Assembly (NCBI GenBank): GCA_965153285.1
Contig: OZ229112.1
Strand: one strand, 5' to 3'
From: Podarcis tiliguerta
Taxonomy: Eukaryota
DNA: 64,000 bases
A model generated the notes under the pieces. That model saw nothing but the letters and a program-made list of their open reading frames with translations. It did no database searches and was not told the DNA's origin. The translations under genes were made by a program, and so were the position numbers. Shown piece after piece: positions 1-12,095 of this stretch (within the stretch, counting starts at the first letter, position 1; each line of letters opens with the position of its first letter).

Positions 1-89
1 GGTTTTGATTCCTAAGAGCTCTTGGGGATTTTCCAGCTGGTGTGGCTGAAACTCCTGTCCTGGGTGCAGTAATGGACTAAGATGAGGGT

Positions 90-615
90 TTAAAAAACCA
101 AGACTCAAGCAAGATGAAATGGAGGTACTACTGGCAAGTGCTATAAACCTGTTCTAAAAGGAATGCAGCCCTCTTAAAGCATTGGGTATTCAGTCTGGAC
201 AAGCTTGCTTTATCAAGCATCTTCACTAGAGTCTCAGGTGGCCTATGTGGGTTGAGGTGTTCTATTTGTTAGGCTGTCTTTGAAAATGATCTGGAAACTG
301 TAGCTGGTCCAAAATAGGAGTGCATTTTTATTAAGTGGCAGAGGACATTTCACTCACATTATGCCAGTGGTTTGTCAGCTGCAATGGCTCTCTGTGCACC
401 TCTTCCCAGTTCAAGAGCTGGTCACCTTAACTATCACTTTCTCCCATATGTATCTTCCTGAACCTTACAATCCTCTTCAAAGGCCCTCCAAGTGGCACCA
501 ACTCCCAGTGAAGTGGGGTAGATGGCTGCTAGGGAGAGAGCATTACTGGAGTTCAACTGGTACTTTCTCCGTGGTATTTTTTAAAAAAATGATGCAGGCC
601 TTTAAAAACTAGGCT
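90..615 (+). mobile_element. Old degenerate L2-type LINE fragment
   Basis: Remnant L2 RT C-terminal motifs (ctggaaactgtagctggtccaaaat; gctgcaatggctctctgt); boundaries approximate. Confidence 0.5.
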
Positions 616-1290
616 TGTGGTGTGTGACTTGTTTCTTTCTTTTTATCAGTAAGACTGTAGCTGCTCTTCCTACTACACAGCCGTGATTTCACTCCAGTAT
701 GAAGGTTATGTTTGCGGCTTGTCGGTTTAGAAAAAAAAGGAGATTAAAGGGAAAGATGACATGCAGAAGTGGGGAGAGGTTTTTATTCTAATACAAGAAC
801 CCCAGGGTCACCCAGTGATGTTGAATGTTGGAAGATTGATGTCATACCAGGTCCCAGCCAGATTCTAGATAGCTCATTCTCCAGCAAAGATACAGACTAC
901 CCTGGTCAGGAGACCATGGGGAAGAAACAGAAACCCTGAGCTCCAGCACTGATCCAGAAGATCACAGCATATAGGGAGAGATGAGATTAGGTGGGCCTCT
1001 GGAATTTTCTTACCTTCTTATTTTAACTTGATCTAGCAGTGCTTTTGAGATTTACAGAGAATATCGGACGTTATTCTTTTTACATCCTGCCTTTCCTAAG
1101 AACAGTGGAATTGTTGGTAGATGTGTTTTGCTTTTGCATAATCCCATCTCTTGCACCATAATTCTTCTCTAGCTGTTGTTGGTTTGTTTCTGTGCTGAGT
1201 GTTTGATAGTTATTTGTATGTTACTTCCCCACCACCACACATAGTCTGGTCCTGATTTAACTTGTGTCCAATACAGTATTTGTAGGTTGT

Positions 1291-1315
1291 GTATCGTATC
1301 GTATCGTATCGTATC
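1291..1315. repeat. (GTATC)5 microsatellite
   Basis: gtatcgtatcgtatcgtatcgtatc. Confidence 0.9.
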
Positions 1316-2449
1316 TACCTTGCTGTGTCCATATTCTTCATTGTGTGTATTGCGGGTGCCTATGTTATGCACATTCACACACACCCCTCGCATACACATC
1401 CAGGAAATATTATAGTAAGCACAATCCACTGCAATGGTGTACTCTTACAGATGAAGCAGGAGGGTGGCAAAGGTCATGGTGCCCCCAAGGCTGTTTCTGG
1501 GAGGGGAAACAGAGGCAACAGGATCCATTCCAACCCAATCTGCTGTAAAGCTACCTATCGCACACCCCTTATCTTTGTAAATTTGGAAGGCTTCATCTGC
1601 CCCACAGAAGTGCCTAGTAGGCCTGCAAACATAATCTGTAGTTAATTTTCTCATTATAATCAATGTGGAGACATCCTAAACTTCTGAAGACTGCAGGACG
1701 ACTCTGCCTCAGATATGAAGTGAAGCCCTGGCAATTCTGAAGTGAATCTGCCCATGGTGGATCTCCTCTAAATTATAGGGTCAGTTGCTATCTATAGCAT
1801 GATGTGGTCTCTGTACCATCACTCTGCATTGCTTCATTTTTCATGTGGGGGATCCAGTTTTTCCAGTTATGATCATGCTGGGCAGCATCCTCTTGGTGAC
1901 GACACTGTGCTCCAGCCTTGTGGTCTCTGGCACCAGATGCATGCTTCCTCCATAGAAGGAACAAATTTTAAATCAGTGCCACAGCCTCTAAAAACTGATT
2001 AAGCTTAATGTCTAGTATGTTTAACATCGTTATAAAATCCCACTGGTTATAAATTACGTTTCCTGCCAGAATACAGAACGTTATATTAGACATGAAAGAC
2101 CTGCTGAGCACAAGTCAGTGGAATTTAAAAATCGTTCTGCCATTGAACAGGGCAACACATATTGATATTTTCAATATTAATAGTATACTTCAAACCAAGT
2201 TCACTGATTGGTGGTTAGAATTTAAAATCTGTCACCAGCAAAGAGTGATGGCTGGCAAATATGCATTGCTGAAGATGGAAAATGGCAGAAAAATATCCAC
2301 TGATTTACTGAGCTATATTTTTCAGCTACATAGTTTATTTTCATAAAGGCACCTTGAAGTCTGAAATGTTCTCACACAGGGAACAAGCTTCTAAATGTTG
2401 TTTACTTCTAAGATGAAGAATATCAAACAGCCTTCACTTAAAAATTAAT

Positions 2450-2577
2450 TTTATTCAGAGTGAAAGTCATACCATGTAACCAGATTAGAAAAGGGAAGTG
2501 TGATAGTTTAATACCACAAAATTCAAAAGAACTACATACTTTGTTTTGAGATGTTACTGCAATGTATTCCTTTTATT
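2450..2577 (-). terminator. Candidate polyadenylation signals of UTRN
   Basis: Minus-strand AATAAA at 2572-2577, ATTAAA at 2507-2512, AATAAA at 2450-2455. Confidence 0.6.
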
Positions 2578-2877
2578 TATCAGTGTCTTGGAGGAAGAAT
2601 ATTACAATGTAAGGTTTTAAGTAGCTTTTACTTGACAGCAGAGGACAGAATTTACATACAAACACAGGCAGAAAAACAATTCATACATAACCTTTCAGTC
2701 ATACCAAAAAGCCCATCATATCCATTACTGGGATTTTTTTCAGCTAAAATGTTTTAAAAGGGGGCTAACTTTTTTGTTGCTGCTTTTGCTTTGATGTGAC
2801 CTGGTAAAATAAAATACCTTGCAAAAATCAGAACATCGAGTGGTTTCCAAAAGTAAATACTTTAAAAAAAATGGATT

Positions 2878-2885
2878 TGAGGTAG
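2878..2885 (-). promoter_or_regulatory. let-7 8mer target site in UTRN 3'UTR
   Basis: Minus strand AGCCATGACCACCTTT-CTACCTCA; CTACCTCA is the canonical let-7 8mer. Confidence 0.8.
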
Positions 2886-4344
2886 AAAGGTGGTCATGGC
2901 TTTCCTTTTCTGCAAAACATTTTTCCTTCTCAAAATATCTATACCAAAATATATTTCTTTCTAGATGAAAAATCCACATAGTAACCTGCTTTTCTGTATC
3001 TTGCTTTTGGCAACACTCCCCCCACCCCACGCTAAAAAAAATAATACTTTTCATTTAGATAGCACTTTGAGTCACGAGTATGTAACATATATTACCTAAT
3101 TTGAGCCTCATAATACCTCTGAGCATAGCTGTTAGTATTAACAGCACCGCTTAAGAGATGGGAGAAGCGAGTGGTTACAGTGATGTTTTATTAGGAGAAG
3201 TAAACACCATGCCAGGAGTATTACTGCTCCTACTATGGGATCATTATGGAGTCATTATTCTGTTATGCGTCCCCTTGCAGAAGACAAGCAAACATTAGAG
3301 GCAGGATTCAACTGAGTCCCATCAGTGAAAGCCATCCTGTAAAAGGCCTTCTGCTCCTCTCAGGAAATTGGCTTGCAGGGGGATCAGCAGAACCCCCAGA
3401 ACAGTGCATGGGGGTAGGAGTTGTGGGGGTCATTCCGTCTGGCAAACCAAAACACTTGCCCTCACTGAATGGTCACTTTTGTGCAATGCTGAATTCCTCC
3501 CTGCTTTTCTCCATCCCAAAAAATCAGAGTTGAATTTCTCCAGCGCTTTTTGGATGCTCCAGAGATGTTCACTGCACATCTCACTGAGCAAATGATTTTT
3601 ATTTTTGGTAATGAAAGCAGATACCCATGCAAATCCGAAAATGCACTAGTGAAGGAAAATGCCCAGCTACTTTACTTGAAGTATGGCTGAACTTCCCCAG
3701 AGTTTTCTCTGCCTTTAACATGATGTTAAGGGAGCCATTGAAAATGTGTAGAAGTTGATACTGATTGAAGTTATACAGGGCAGACAACCTTTCTGATATA
3801 AAGGCAGAACACTTTACCATCAAACTAGTCAGAGCTCCTTCATTTATTAACACTACCAAAAAGGAGGATAAAATAATTTCAAGTCGATCTGAGCCATTGC
3901 ACTGGGTGATTTACACAATAGGACTTCACAAAATTTGGCACATTTAGACCATAATGTCCCGTCCCCCCCCCCCATAATAGAAACAATGTATATTTAGAAT
4001 TATTTTATTAAGTCAAAATGCAGCTTAGCTCACATTTTAAAGTAAAAACAAAGCCTGGATGGAAAAGATCAGTCTGCATTCAGTTGGGAGAAAGAATCCA
4101 TTAAAATGCCATTCTAGTGCCAACAGCTACTGCAGTTGAATGAGGTTAGCTGGGGCAAAATAGAGTCTCATGTGCTCATACACAGCCAGAAATGCTATTT
4201 GTCAAATACTAGGGGCTGTGAGGGTTATAGAAGCTGATATTTTGTCCATGTTTTGAAACTATTAGGCTAAGTATAAATAACCTGTGCAGAATGGTATGTG
4301 TTGGAAGAGAAGTTACTTGAAACAGTAAATGCAACAAGCCAAAA

Positions 4345-4351
4345 GGAATGT
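4345..4351 (-). promoter_or_regulatory. miR-1/miR-206 7mer-m8 target site in UTRN 3'UTR
   Basis: Minus strand ACATTCC, complementary to seed GGAAUGU. Confidence 0.55.
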
Positions 4352-4736
4352 AAAAATGTAACTCTTTGCTCCAAACTCAGTATGCAGTTCACGTCAGCAA
4401 TATCAAAAGAGAATGGATATAAACCCCCGCCCCTTTTCCTGATGCTGCATATTATATAAATCAGTGACATTTGTGTAACCATTTTGAAATACTCCACGGT
4501 TTGTTAATTTACAGTTGCATAGAGAGGGAAAGAGGAGGGGAAAACACACACAATATTATATAAAACCACAACATCCTCATCTTTGGGTAGTTCAAGTGTT
4601 TTCCTATTTGAAGTAAGAACACACAGAGCTAACAGTATGTTACAAGGTCCCATGCAGCCGTATGATTATTGGCATCTGTAGAAAAGGAGTTGCATTTAAT
4701 GTCAGGAAGAGTGGGCAGTCTTCAAAACAGAAAACT

Positions 4737-4745
4737 TCACATTGC
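4737..4745 (-). CDS. UTRN: UTRN last exon, coding part (AM*)
   Basis: cttctttgacttcag|GCA ATG TGA. Confidence 0.92.
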   Translation of the reverse strand, partial: AM

Positions 4746-5557
4746 CTGAAGTCAAAGAAGGAAAAGAGCAAGAAGAAATTATTATCTTACATACTGTTCT
4801 TAGGGAGCAACATCATTCAACATAAATATTTTGAATCAAGTTCTGAAAGAATGGCCATTTCTGCAACAGCAGAAGGTGCTGATGCACAGCTTGCAGAATT
4901 TGATGGGCCCAATGGAAACAACACCTAACCATGGTTTGTTTTCCTTACCTCTATATGCAATCCACTTTAGCAGTATCTAAAAGGGTGGATTTACAAGCTC
5001 TTGCTTCTAGGCTTCACAACTATATCATGCCTCCCACAGACAAGACTTAGCTTGGCAAGTTAAACCAGTTTCACTGTATGTTTGTGGCCTTTTCCAGATT
5101 TAGCAAACCATAGGTATCAGTAATGTCTGCAGTGGACAATGGTGGTCAAACCTAGAGCGTCCTGTGAGCTCCTCATATTGCAAAACAAAGTGAAAGGGTT
5201 CAAACAAAATATTGTTTCTCTCTCTTGTTTAAACTAAAAACACACACAGGCACAAACCAAGATTGTGCAGCGAATTATGGCACACTTGCTATGGGATCCC
5301 AACAAAAAACTGCCGTGGTTGTAACAGTTAGAAGCATATTGCCATCAATCACCAGACTGAATTTTGCAAACAAGTAGATGTGCACATTTGTTTTAAACTG
5401 TGTTCATAGTGAGGAATGAATTGTAGATGTGCGAGTTTACTTATCTAAACCATGAAACAAAAACTGCTGAAAAATGCAGAGTTAATTACAAAGTTGCATG
5501 TAAGTTTATACTTCAGTTGTGGACACACAACTTTAAAAGTACTGAAATACATCATAC

Positions 5558-5580
5558 CTGTGGTCTGCCGGCAAGATTTG
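5558..5580 (-). CDS. UTRN: UTRN penultimate micro-exon (DMD exon 78 equivalent, 23 nt)
   Basis: ttatttacag|CAAATCTTGCCGGCAGACCACAG|gtatga; TNLAGRPQ, similar to mammalian PNVPSRPQ. Confidence 0.9.
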
Positions 5581-7825
5581 CTGTAAATAAGAAAACAAAA
5601 CGATTAGCTGCAATGAAAAGTCAAGGACTAAGATGAAACTTTCACAAAAAATAGCCAGCTAAATAGCAATATATATTCTCCCCACCCCTTTGATTCTGAG
5701 CATAACTACTATTTTATCATAACTTGTTTCTATTAAATCTGCTGGCACATACCTTTCTGGTTTTGCATAGTCCTGTTAAATTAAATTCAAACTGTTCTAA
5801 ATTATGGGTGATCTCCAGTGTTAGCACTATTCGGAGTTGTGCAGTCCAGCCACTTCTGCTAAGAACAGCCTAGCCCTAGCATACTTGGCACCAAAAAGGA
5901 GCCTCAGGTTTCTTAGGCAGTTCGGCCACACCACTTGCTCCCCTTTCTTTGTTTGGGGTTGTGATAGAGGAGATGGTCCATATGCAGAGTGGTTTTTCTT
6001 TTCTTTTCAGGGTGTCATGCGTGTAGCCTCTGTGAAAAAATATGGGGAAGTGCTATATGTATGAATGGTGTTTTGTGTCCTGTTGTATGATACTATACCT
6101 GCATACTGTGAGTAAGGGGTGGGGTGGGTGGTGTGGGAGGTCCATTGCAAAAAGGAGATTTGCAGTTCAGGAAGGTGTGTTTATGCTTATTCTGTATGTA
6201 GAAAGTTATCCATTTTACAGAAGAGAAACACTCTGCCTTTATGTTCCCTGTCTGCAAAATGGACAGCTCATTTTTGTATACCAGCTTTCTGGGCAATAAT
6301 CTGTCTGGGAACGTGACTTGCTTGAATTATTTGACCTGTGTGTGGTTTATTTTCTGCCTTCTCGTTGTGGCACAGTTAGGGTGGATTGTGCTGTGATCTA
6401 GGGGGACCTAACAGCATGGAAAGAAGTAATACACAGATATTAGTCATGTGAGGGGTAAAGTTTGAATTTGCCCAGGATAACAAAATATCTTGAGCAGGCC
6501 TCGGAAAAAATTATTAGTTTTTGAAGGTTTTTACACTTTATAATTCATACAAGAGAAAATAGTCAAATGCATACCATCTGCTGAACATAATGGGCCTTTG
6601 CCTCAGTGCTATGGACCAGTTAACATCATACAGCACAACACATTTCCAGCCCATTATATTTTTGATTGTAAGATTCAACTACATAAGGTCTTCCCTGAGG
6701 GACTCTGCTTCCATTAAGATTTTTTTTTGTGTTTTTTGGAAGCCACAGTTATCACAAGCTTTCTCCCAGGAACTGCAAGTCATTAATTTGAGAAACAGAA
6801 ATTATATATTAAAAATAGCTGTCTGTTGTTAACTCTAATGTTTATCAGAAGGGAGGATCTGTCCTTAAGTCACCCTGCAAGAGTTTCTCATGGCACGTGG
6901 CACATATGCTGCAGTAGGAGAAACAGTATGCTGTTAAGCCAATTAGCAATACAATCAAGGTTTTTCTTCTTCGGCAGTATTTCAGAACGGAATTGCAATG
7001 CAGGGGGTTTAACAACCTCTCTCCACCAGCTGCCCGTGTCGGTGCTCAGTGGAGCCTCTGTCAATATTCCCTGCCTATCCTCATTCAAACAGTTACCCCT
7101 TGCTTGAGTAATCCACAGACTGAATTCCTCACACTTTTGTGCCTGACCCAGTAGACTGTGGGGAATATGTGCATTACAAACATTTACACAGTACATGGTT
7201 CCCACAAGAATCCTGGTTTGATTAGGGTACTTAGAAATAGAGATTCTGAGCCCCAGAGAACCAGTTCCCAGAGTCCCCCTGTAGCAAGAAGAACTTTTTA
7301 ACCATTTTAGAGCAGCCTAGCTATATATTTTTACTTTGCTGTTGGATAACATCCATATGTATTTATGACTATTTACAACCCTAGGTTATTTGTTTAATTT
7401 TGAAAAAGAGAATAGCAAACAATAAGAAACCAGGAAGTGTTGTCTGCAACTATTGAGCATGGATAGTCTTGATTTTTCAGGTTGTGTGTGTCAGGGATGA
7501 GGTGCCCCTTTAGGGTTTTTGCTGTATTTCTGCAAACTATGGGGTTCCTCTAAGCATCCAACATGTCTCTTATTAGAAACTGCTTCTGCCCACCCTATTT
7601 AGAGTCAGTCTAGGCTGGGAAAAGACAGATGCATTGGGCAACTGGACATTTTTGGAAATTGCCTCAAGGGCTGGTGGTGACATGTCCGTAATATGAGACA
7701 GAAATAGCTGCCAACACCACCTCTCGTTCTTCCCTTCCCAGTGCCCTAAATGAGGGACAGAAAGCCATGCAGAGGGAGGCTGAGGCATCATCTTTGGGGA
7801 AATAGTTGGTATGGGTGCAGATGTC

Positions 7826-7968
7826 AGATAGCTCAGTCAGTAGAGCATGAGACTCTCAGGGTCATAGGTTTGAGCCCCACATTGGGGAAAAGTTTCCTGC
7901 ATTTCAGGGGATTGTACTAGATGACATTTATGGTCCTTTCCAACTCTACAATTCCATGACTTTATGAA
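7826..7968 (+). mobile_element. tRNA-derived SINE with CR1-like tail
   Basis: A box (tagctcagtcagtagagc), B box (ggtttgagccc), tail ttccaactctacaattccatga. Confidence 0.65.
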
Positions 7969-9559
7969 GACATATATGGTCTGTTCTCACACACAAATTC
8001 TGAGACTACAAAGTCCAAATTCTCTGCCATCTGCGTCCAGGTGTTCCTTGTTGTCTATATCAAAACACACTTTCGTTTTCAATCTATCTATCTTGGGAAC
8101 ATCTCTTGAGAATCTGGATAAAGGCCAAGCATGCGAGCCTTTCCTAACTAGTTTGCTCTAAAGACCATCACAAAGAAAGCACAATAACATTGCATGAATT
8201 TGACCCTTACCACAGTGGATAAAAGAGTTGTTTAATTGTTCACAATCAGCACATCCGCCTAATGACGTCAAATGGCTGTGCTTGTTTAGAAATAGACTCT
8301 CAAGTTCTGAATTAAGCGTAGAGGTCTGGGCAATTATCTTGAACTAACCCCAGACTCTAGAGATCAGTTCAAACTAGCTGGATTTTAATTTGCTTTCTAT
8401 TTATGTGTGAAGTGTATCTTCCCAGACGTAGTTTTTCAAAAAGGAAGAAACTGTGCATGAGAGATAAAGGGAATATTTAATAGAGTTCAGTGGTGTCTGG
8501 ACAACACAATATAATTTGATTTTATCTGAGTATTTTGCATGGGATTATGCACCACATAAGCCTTAGTTTTCATAGAACTCCACTGCGTTTACTTTTATGG
8601 TCATTTCAAAGGAAGCAATACAAAGTTGTTACTAAACTACAGAGCTGAATTTAGCTTCCAGTCCTAACAGGCAATCAAGATTGAAAATGATCATAACAAA
8701 AGTTAGCCACAATAATCTCTCTAGTAAGGAAAAAGTTGCACTATACACTGTGAAGGACCAGAATAAATACAAGCAAAACTGCATGGGTATTATCTCTGAT
8801 TTTCCAGTGAAAGGAGGCCTATAAATAAAGACCATTATTATCTGTCTTTGTAGAGAGAGAATGAAAAATTAATAGGAAATGTAATCTCTCATTCCTAATA
8901 AGATATTTCTATGCTTCCATTTCTATGAAGTCTGGGACTGGTATATGAGACCATAATGTGCATGATGGAACTACTCCATTGCTACTTGTCCATGTGGTTA
9001 AGTGTGTGTGGTGCTAAGAGTCAGGCATTGCACCACTGTCACCCATCAGAAATATAGTCCAAATTAAAGTCACTCCCCAGCTTTGGGTTCATATGTTAAT
9101 TAAAGCTCTGCATGGCTGCAGCAGCAAGGCAAGGATATCTCCCTCCTCTTCTGTTGGAGAGAAATTGTGGAAACTGGCATCAAAATTTATGTCATTTCTG
9201 CAATGGAGGGAGAAGCATGCCATTCCTCCACCACATGAGGGCTCAACATAGTTTATGAATCAGGGCAATGGATTATTCTGAATGCACTTAGCTACACAGG
9301 CAGCTACACAGGCAGCAATGACTGATCCAAGTGGATACTGCATATTTATCAAGACACCTTGTTTTCTTACAGCATCCTGCTATGGACATACTTTGTACCA
9401 GAGGACAGTCCTGGCCCAGTTCATAATCTCCCAGATGCCTTGGACACTCGTCTCGTAGGTTAGTATTCCCCTCATCATGGGCTCATAGTTTTTGACAAGG
9501 TTTTTTATTGTCAATTACTACTTTTATTTTATTTTCATTTATTATTACATTTATATATC

Positions 9560-9730
9560 ACCCTTCAAGGTGGTGTTATGTGGTTCTTGGCCTCCTCATT
9601 TCATCCTCACAACAACCCTGTGAAGTAGGTCAGACTGAGAGATAGTGACTGGCCCAGAGTCACTCAGTAAGCTTCATGGGGATTTGAACTGTGGTCTCCC
9701 AGGTCGTAGTCTGACACTCTAACTACTACT
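9560..9730 (-). mobile_element. MIR/CORE-like tRNA SINE
   Basis: catcctcacaacaaccctgtgaagtagg...ggatttgaac...tctaactact; same family as 41985-42130. Confidence 0.6.
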
Positions 9731-10099
9731 GGCTCTGTTCTGACTTGTTTACATCTGGTTTTTGTCAGCAGAAGGATATGGCAGTGCTGCCTGTTGCATT
9801 GTGTCACCCCATTTTATCACTTCTTATTGGCTGTTCAAACAGCTACTTTGCTGGAAAGGTAATGAAAGTAAGGATTCTTTTGGAAGCAATAGGGTTTGAA
9901 GTTTAAACAGCGAAACGGGTCACCATGTAATTATTTCTGAAGCATACTGCTAACTGTTCAAGTCTCACTTTAGATCCTGTTCAATCCATTTGCTGAGCAG
10001 CCCTATAGAGTGTTACAAAGGCTTTGAATCTCCGTAAATGACTGCATCATTGCTCAGCTTCAACCTCCCTTTCCTTGGCTCAATATACTTAACACTTAC

Positions 10100-10192
10100 T
10101 GCGGCAAGCTGGAAATGTGCTGTTGATTTGTTCCATGACTTCTGTTAGGTCTGTGCTAGTGTCATGAGGTGGGACTAACAAGTCGTCTACAC
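10100..10192 (-). CDS. UTRN: UTRN exon (DMD exon 77 equivalent, 93 nt)
   Basis: tcattag|GT GTA ... CGC A|gtaagt; [31 protein letters not shown]. Confidence 0.95.
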
Positions 10193-10623
10193 CTAATGAA
10201 AACAAAAGGTGCAATCAGTTTAGTAATAGAGAAGCAGCATTTAAGAGCCCGAAAGCCATTTCCACCCGTCCTTCCCACCTTAATGTATTTAGAGAAAGAA
10301 GAAGAAATCCCCTGTTTGAAATCTCTCTCATTTGATATGCAAGAATTGCTCATTGATAATGGCCAGGCAAGAGAGGCATAGATACCAAATTATACATTTA
10401 TAGCTGAACTCATTTCTGCATTATAAAGCTTAGCCACTGTGCTTGAGATAAACCAGGTTGAATTGCGCAGAAGCAACTAGATGTAAAAAAATTGCTATTA
10501 AGGTTTATATTATTAAGCACTAAAAGGGTGCTCGATGGCAGTATATTCCAAAGTCATTTAGGCAGCCTCAGTGCCCAAAAGGTCACTAAGTATTGCTATG
10601 TGGAAGGTAGGAGAGGGCCTCTC

Positions 10624-10981
10624 TGTCAGGAGTGCGTGCAGGAGCCAGGCCCTGTGACTGGTAGGGCCTCGCAGGACTGGGGCCTTCCTGAGTTTGGCCT
10701 GAAAGGGCAAGGCGTGGCCGCACAGGTGAGGCTTGACAGAAGACTCGTAGCACGTGGTGGCAAGGGCCGGGAGGGGTATATAAGACCAGAATTTCCCTAT
10801 GGCTCTTTGCCACAGCAACACGCTACCCACCTAGCTGTGCTTTGGCTTCCTGACTCCTGGTTTCCTGACTTGGACTCTTGGCTTCCTGACCCCTGGACTG
10901 CTGATTCCTGCTTCCCAACCTCTACCCTGGTCCCAACATACCAAGCCGGGACTCTGGCTGCCTGTGACACGGCCTGTGACA
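10624..10981 (+). mobile_element. Solo LTR of a second Gypsy-like family (358 bp)
   Basis: TGTCA...TGACA inverted termini, near-perfect 5-bp TSD ctctc/cactc, TATA box gtatataaga (~10776), internal short repeats (ttcctgac). Confidence 0.75.
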
Positions 10982-11878
10982 CACTCCCAGTGCAGCCTTT
11001 CCATGGTTGGGGAAGAGGAGTAGAGGTCAGGATGAGCTCCTCTTGCACACTAATGCCTCTTCCCAAACTGGTGTGGACAAATATCTGAGGATATGTATTT
11101 TTCTCATGCCAATAAGGAATATTGCTGGCAGCAGAGTGCTAGGATCTAGTTCATTAATATTGTTCCAAACCCTGTTCTGCTTTTTATCAAATGTTTGCTT
11201 CCCCTGCCAAAGAGGTTTCCATTTTTCTGCCGCCTCTTCAAGGGTTATGAGAATTTCTTGTGAATTTTTGTGGATTTTGAGCCAGCCTTATTATTGCAAG
11301 GTGGGTGGCTAAGGGTGGGGTGGGGGGTTCCTTTCAAGTAAGCATTTATCCAGCATTCTGGATCATTTCCCTGGCAGCAAACACTTCTTGTTCTGAAAAA
11401 GCCCCATGGGAAATTACCTCATGTTGTCTTCACTTCGCTTTAAGTGAAACATGGGAAGCTAGGGAGGTTGCAGGCGATTTGTAGAATGAGAAGAAAGGAC
11501 ACTCATAACCACCCCTTAGCTGCCTCAGAAACAAGGTAACTGCATCAAAAACCCTGCACACAATTTACGAGAATTTCAACAACATTTCCTTTCATCTTGA
11601 TAATTTTCAAATTTTATTGTTCCCATTAATTGATGGAGAATGGCCAGGAAAAAAACAACAGGTGAAAGTTTTGGTAGAATGCTACAGATAACTGGGCCTA
11701 GGAACTTGCCTTTCTGAAGAGAATGGTGTCTGCACCTTATTCTTCTAAGTCTAGTACAAGCCCCCATAATGGCTTCTGGGCTGAAAAGAAGGAGCACATT
11801 CTCTCCCTCAATTTGGTCTCTTCAGTGGCTCAGAGTTGCAAGTTAATTTCCCTTGATCCCAAAACCAGGATGGAGAGG

Positions 11879-12095
11879 CACTGGCGGAGGAAGAAGGGGG
11901 CGGGGGGAGCACACCACCCCAGGCAGCTCAATCCCGGTGGGGTTCCATCGCGGCTGCCCCCCGCAGGCGGCATGCCTCGCCCCCAGAACATGTGTCCCAC
12001 CCCTTTGGGCAATGCACCCAGCCCCAGGGATGCGCACCAGCCATGGCCCCACCTGCTGTCCATCCCCAGTGCCAAAGCATGAAGCTCCGCCACGG
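11879..12095. mobile_element. hAT-like non-autonomous element (MITE)
   Basis: TIR-like CACTGGCGGAG / CTCCGCCACGG, degenerate 8-bp TSD tggagagg/tgaagaga, GC-rich interior. Confidence 0.55.

Larger units (their letters stand above)
2430..4736 (-). other. UTRN: UTRN 3'UTR (~2.3 kb; 3' end approximate)
   Basis: Follows the stop codon. AU-rich, no TE recognised, contains the let-7 block, and ends in a cluster of minus-strand poly(A) signals. Confidence 0.75.

Noticed and set aside
10492-11088. 198-aa plus-strand ORF
   Set aside because: Non-ATG start and spans a GC-rich solo LTR with short repeats; chance open frame.
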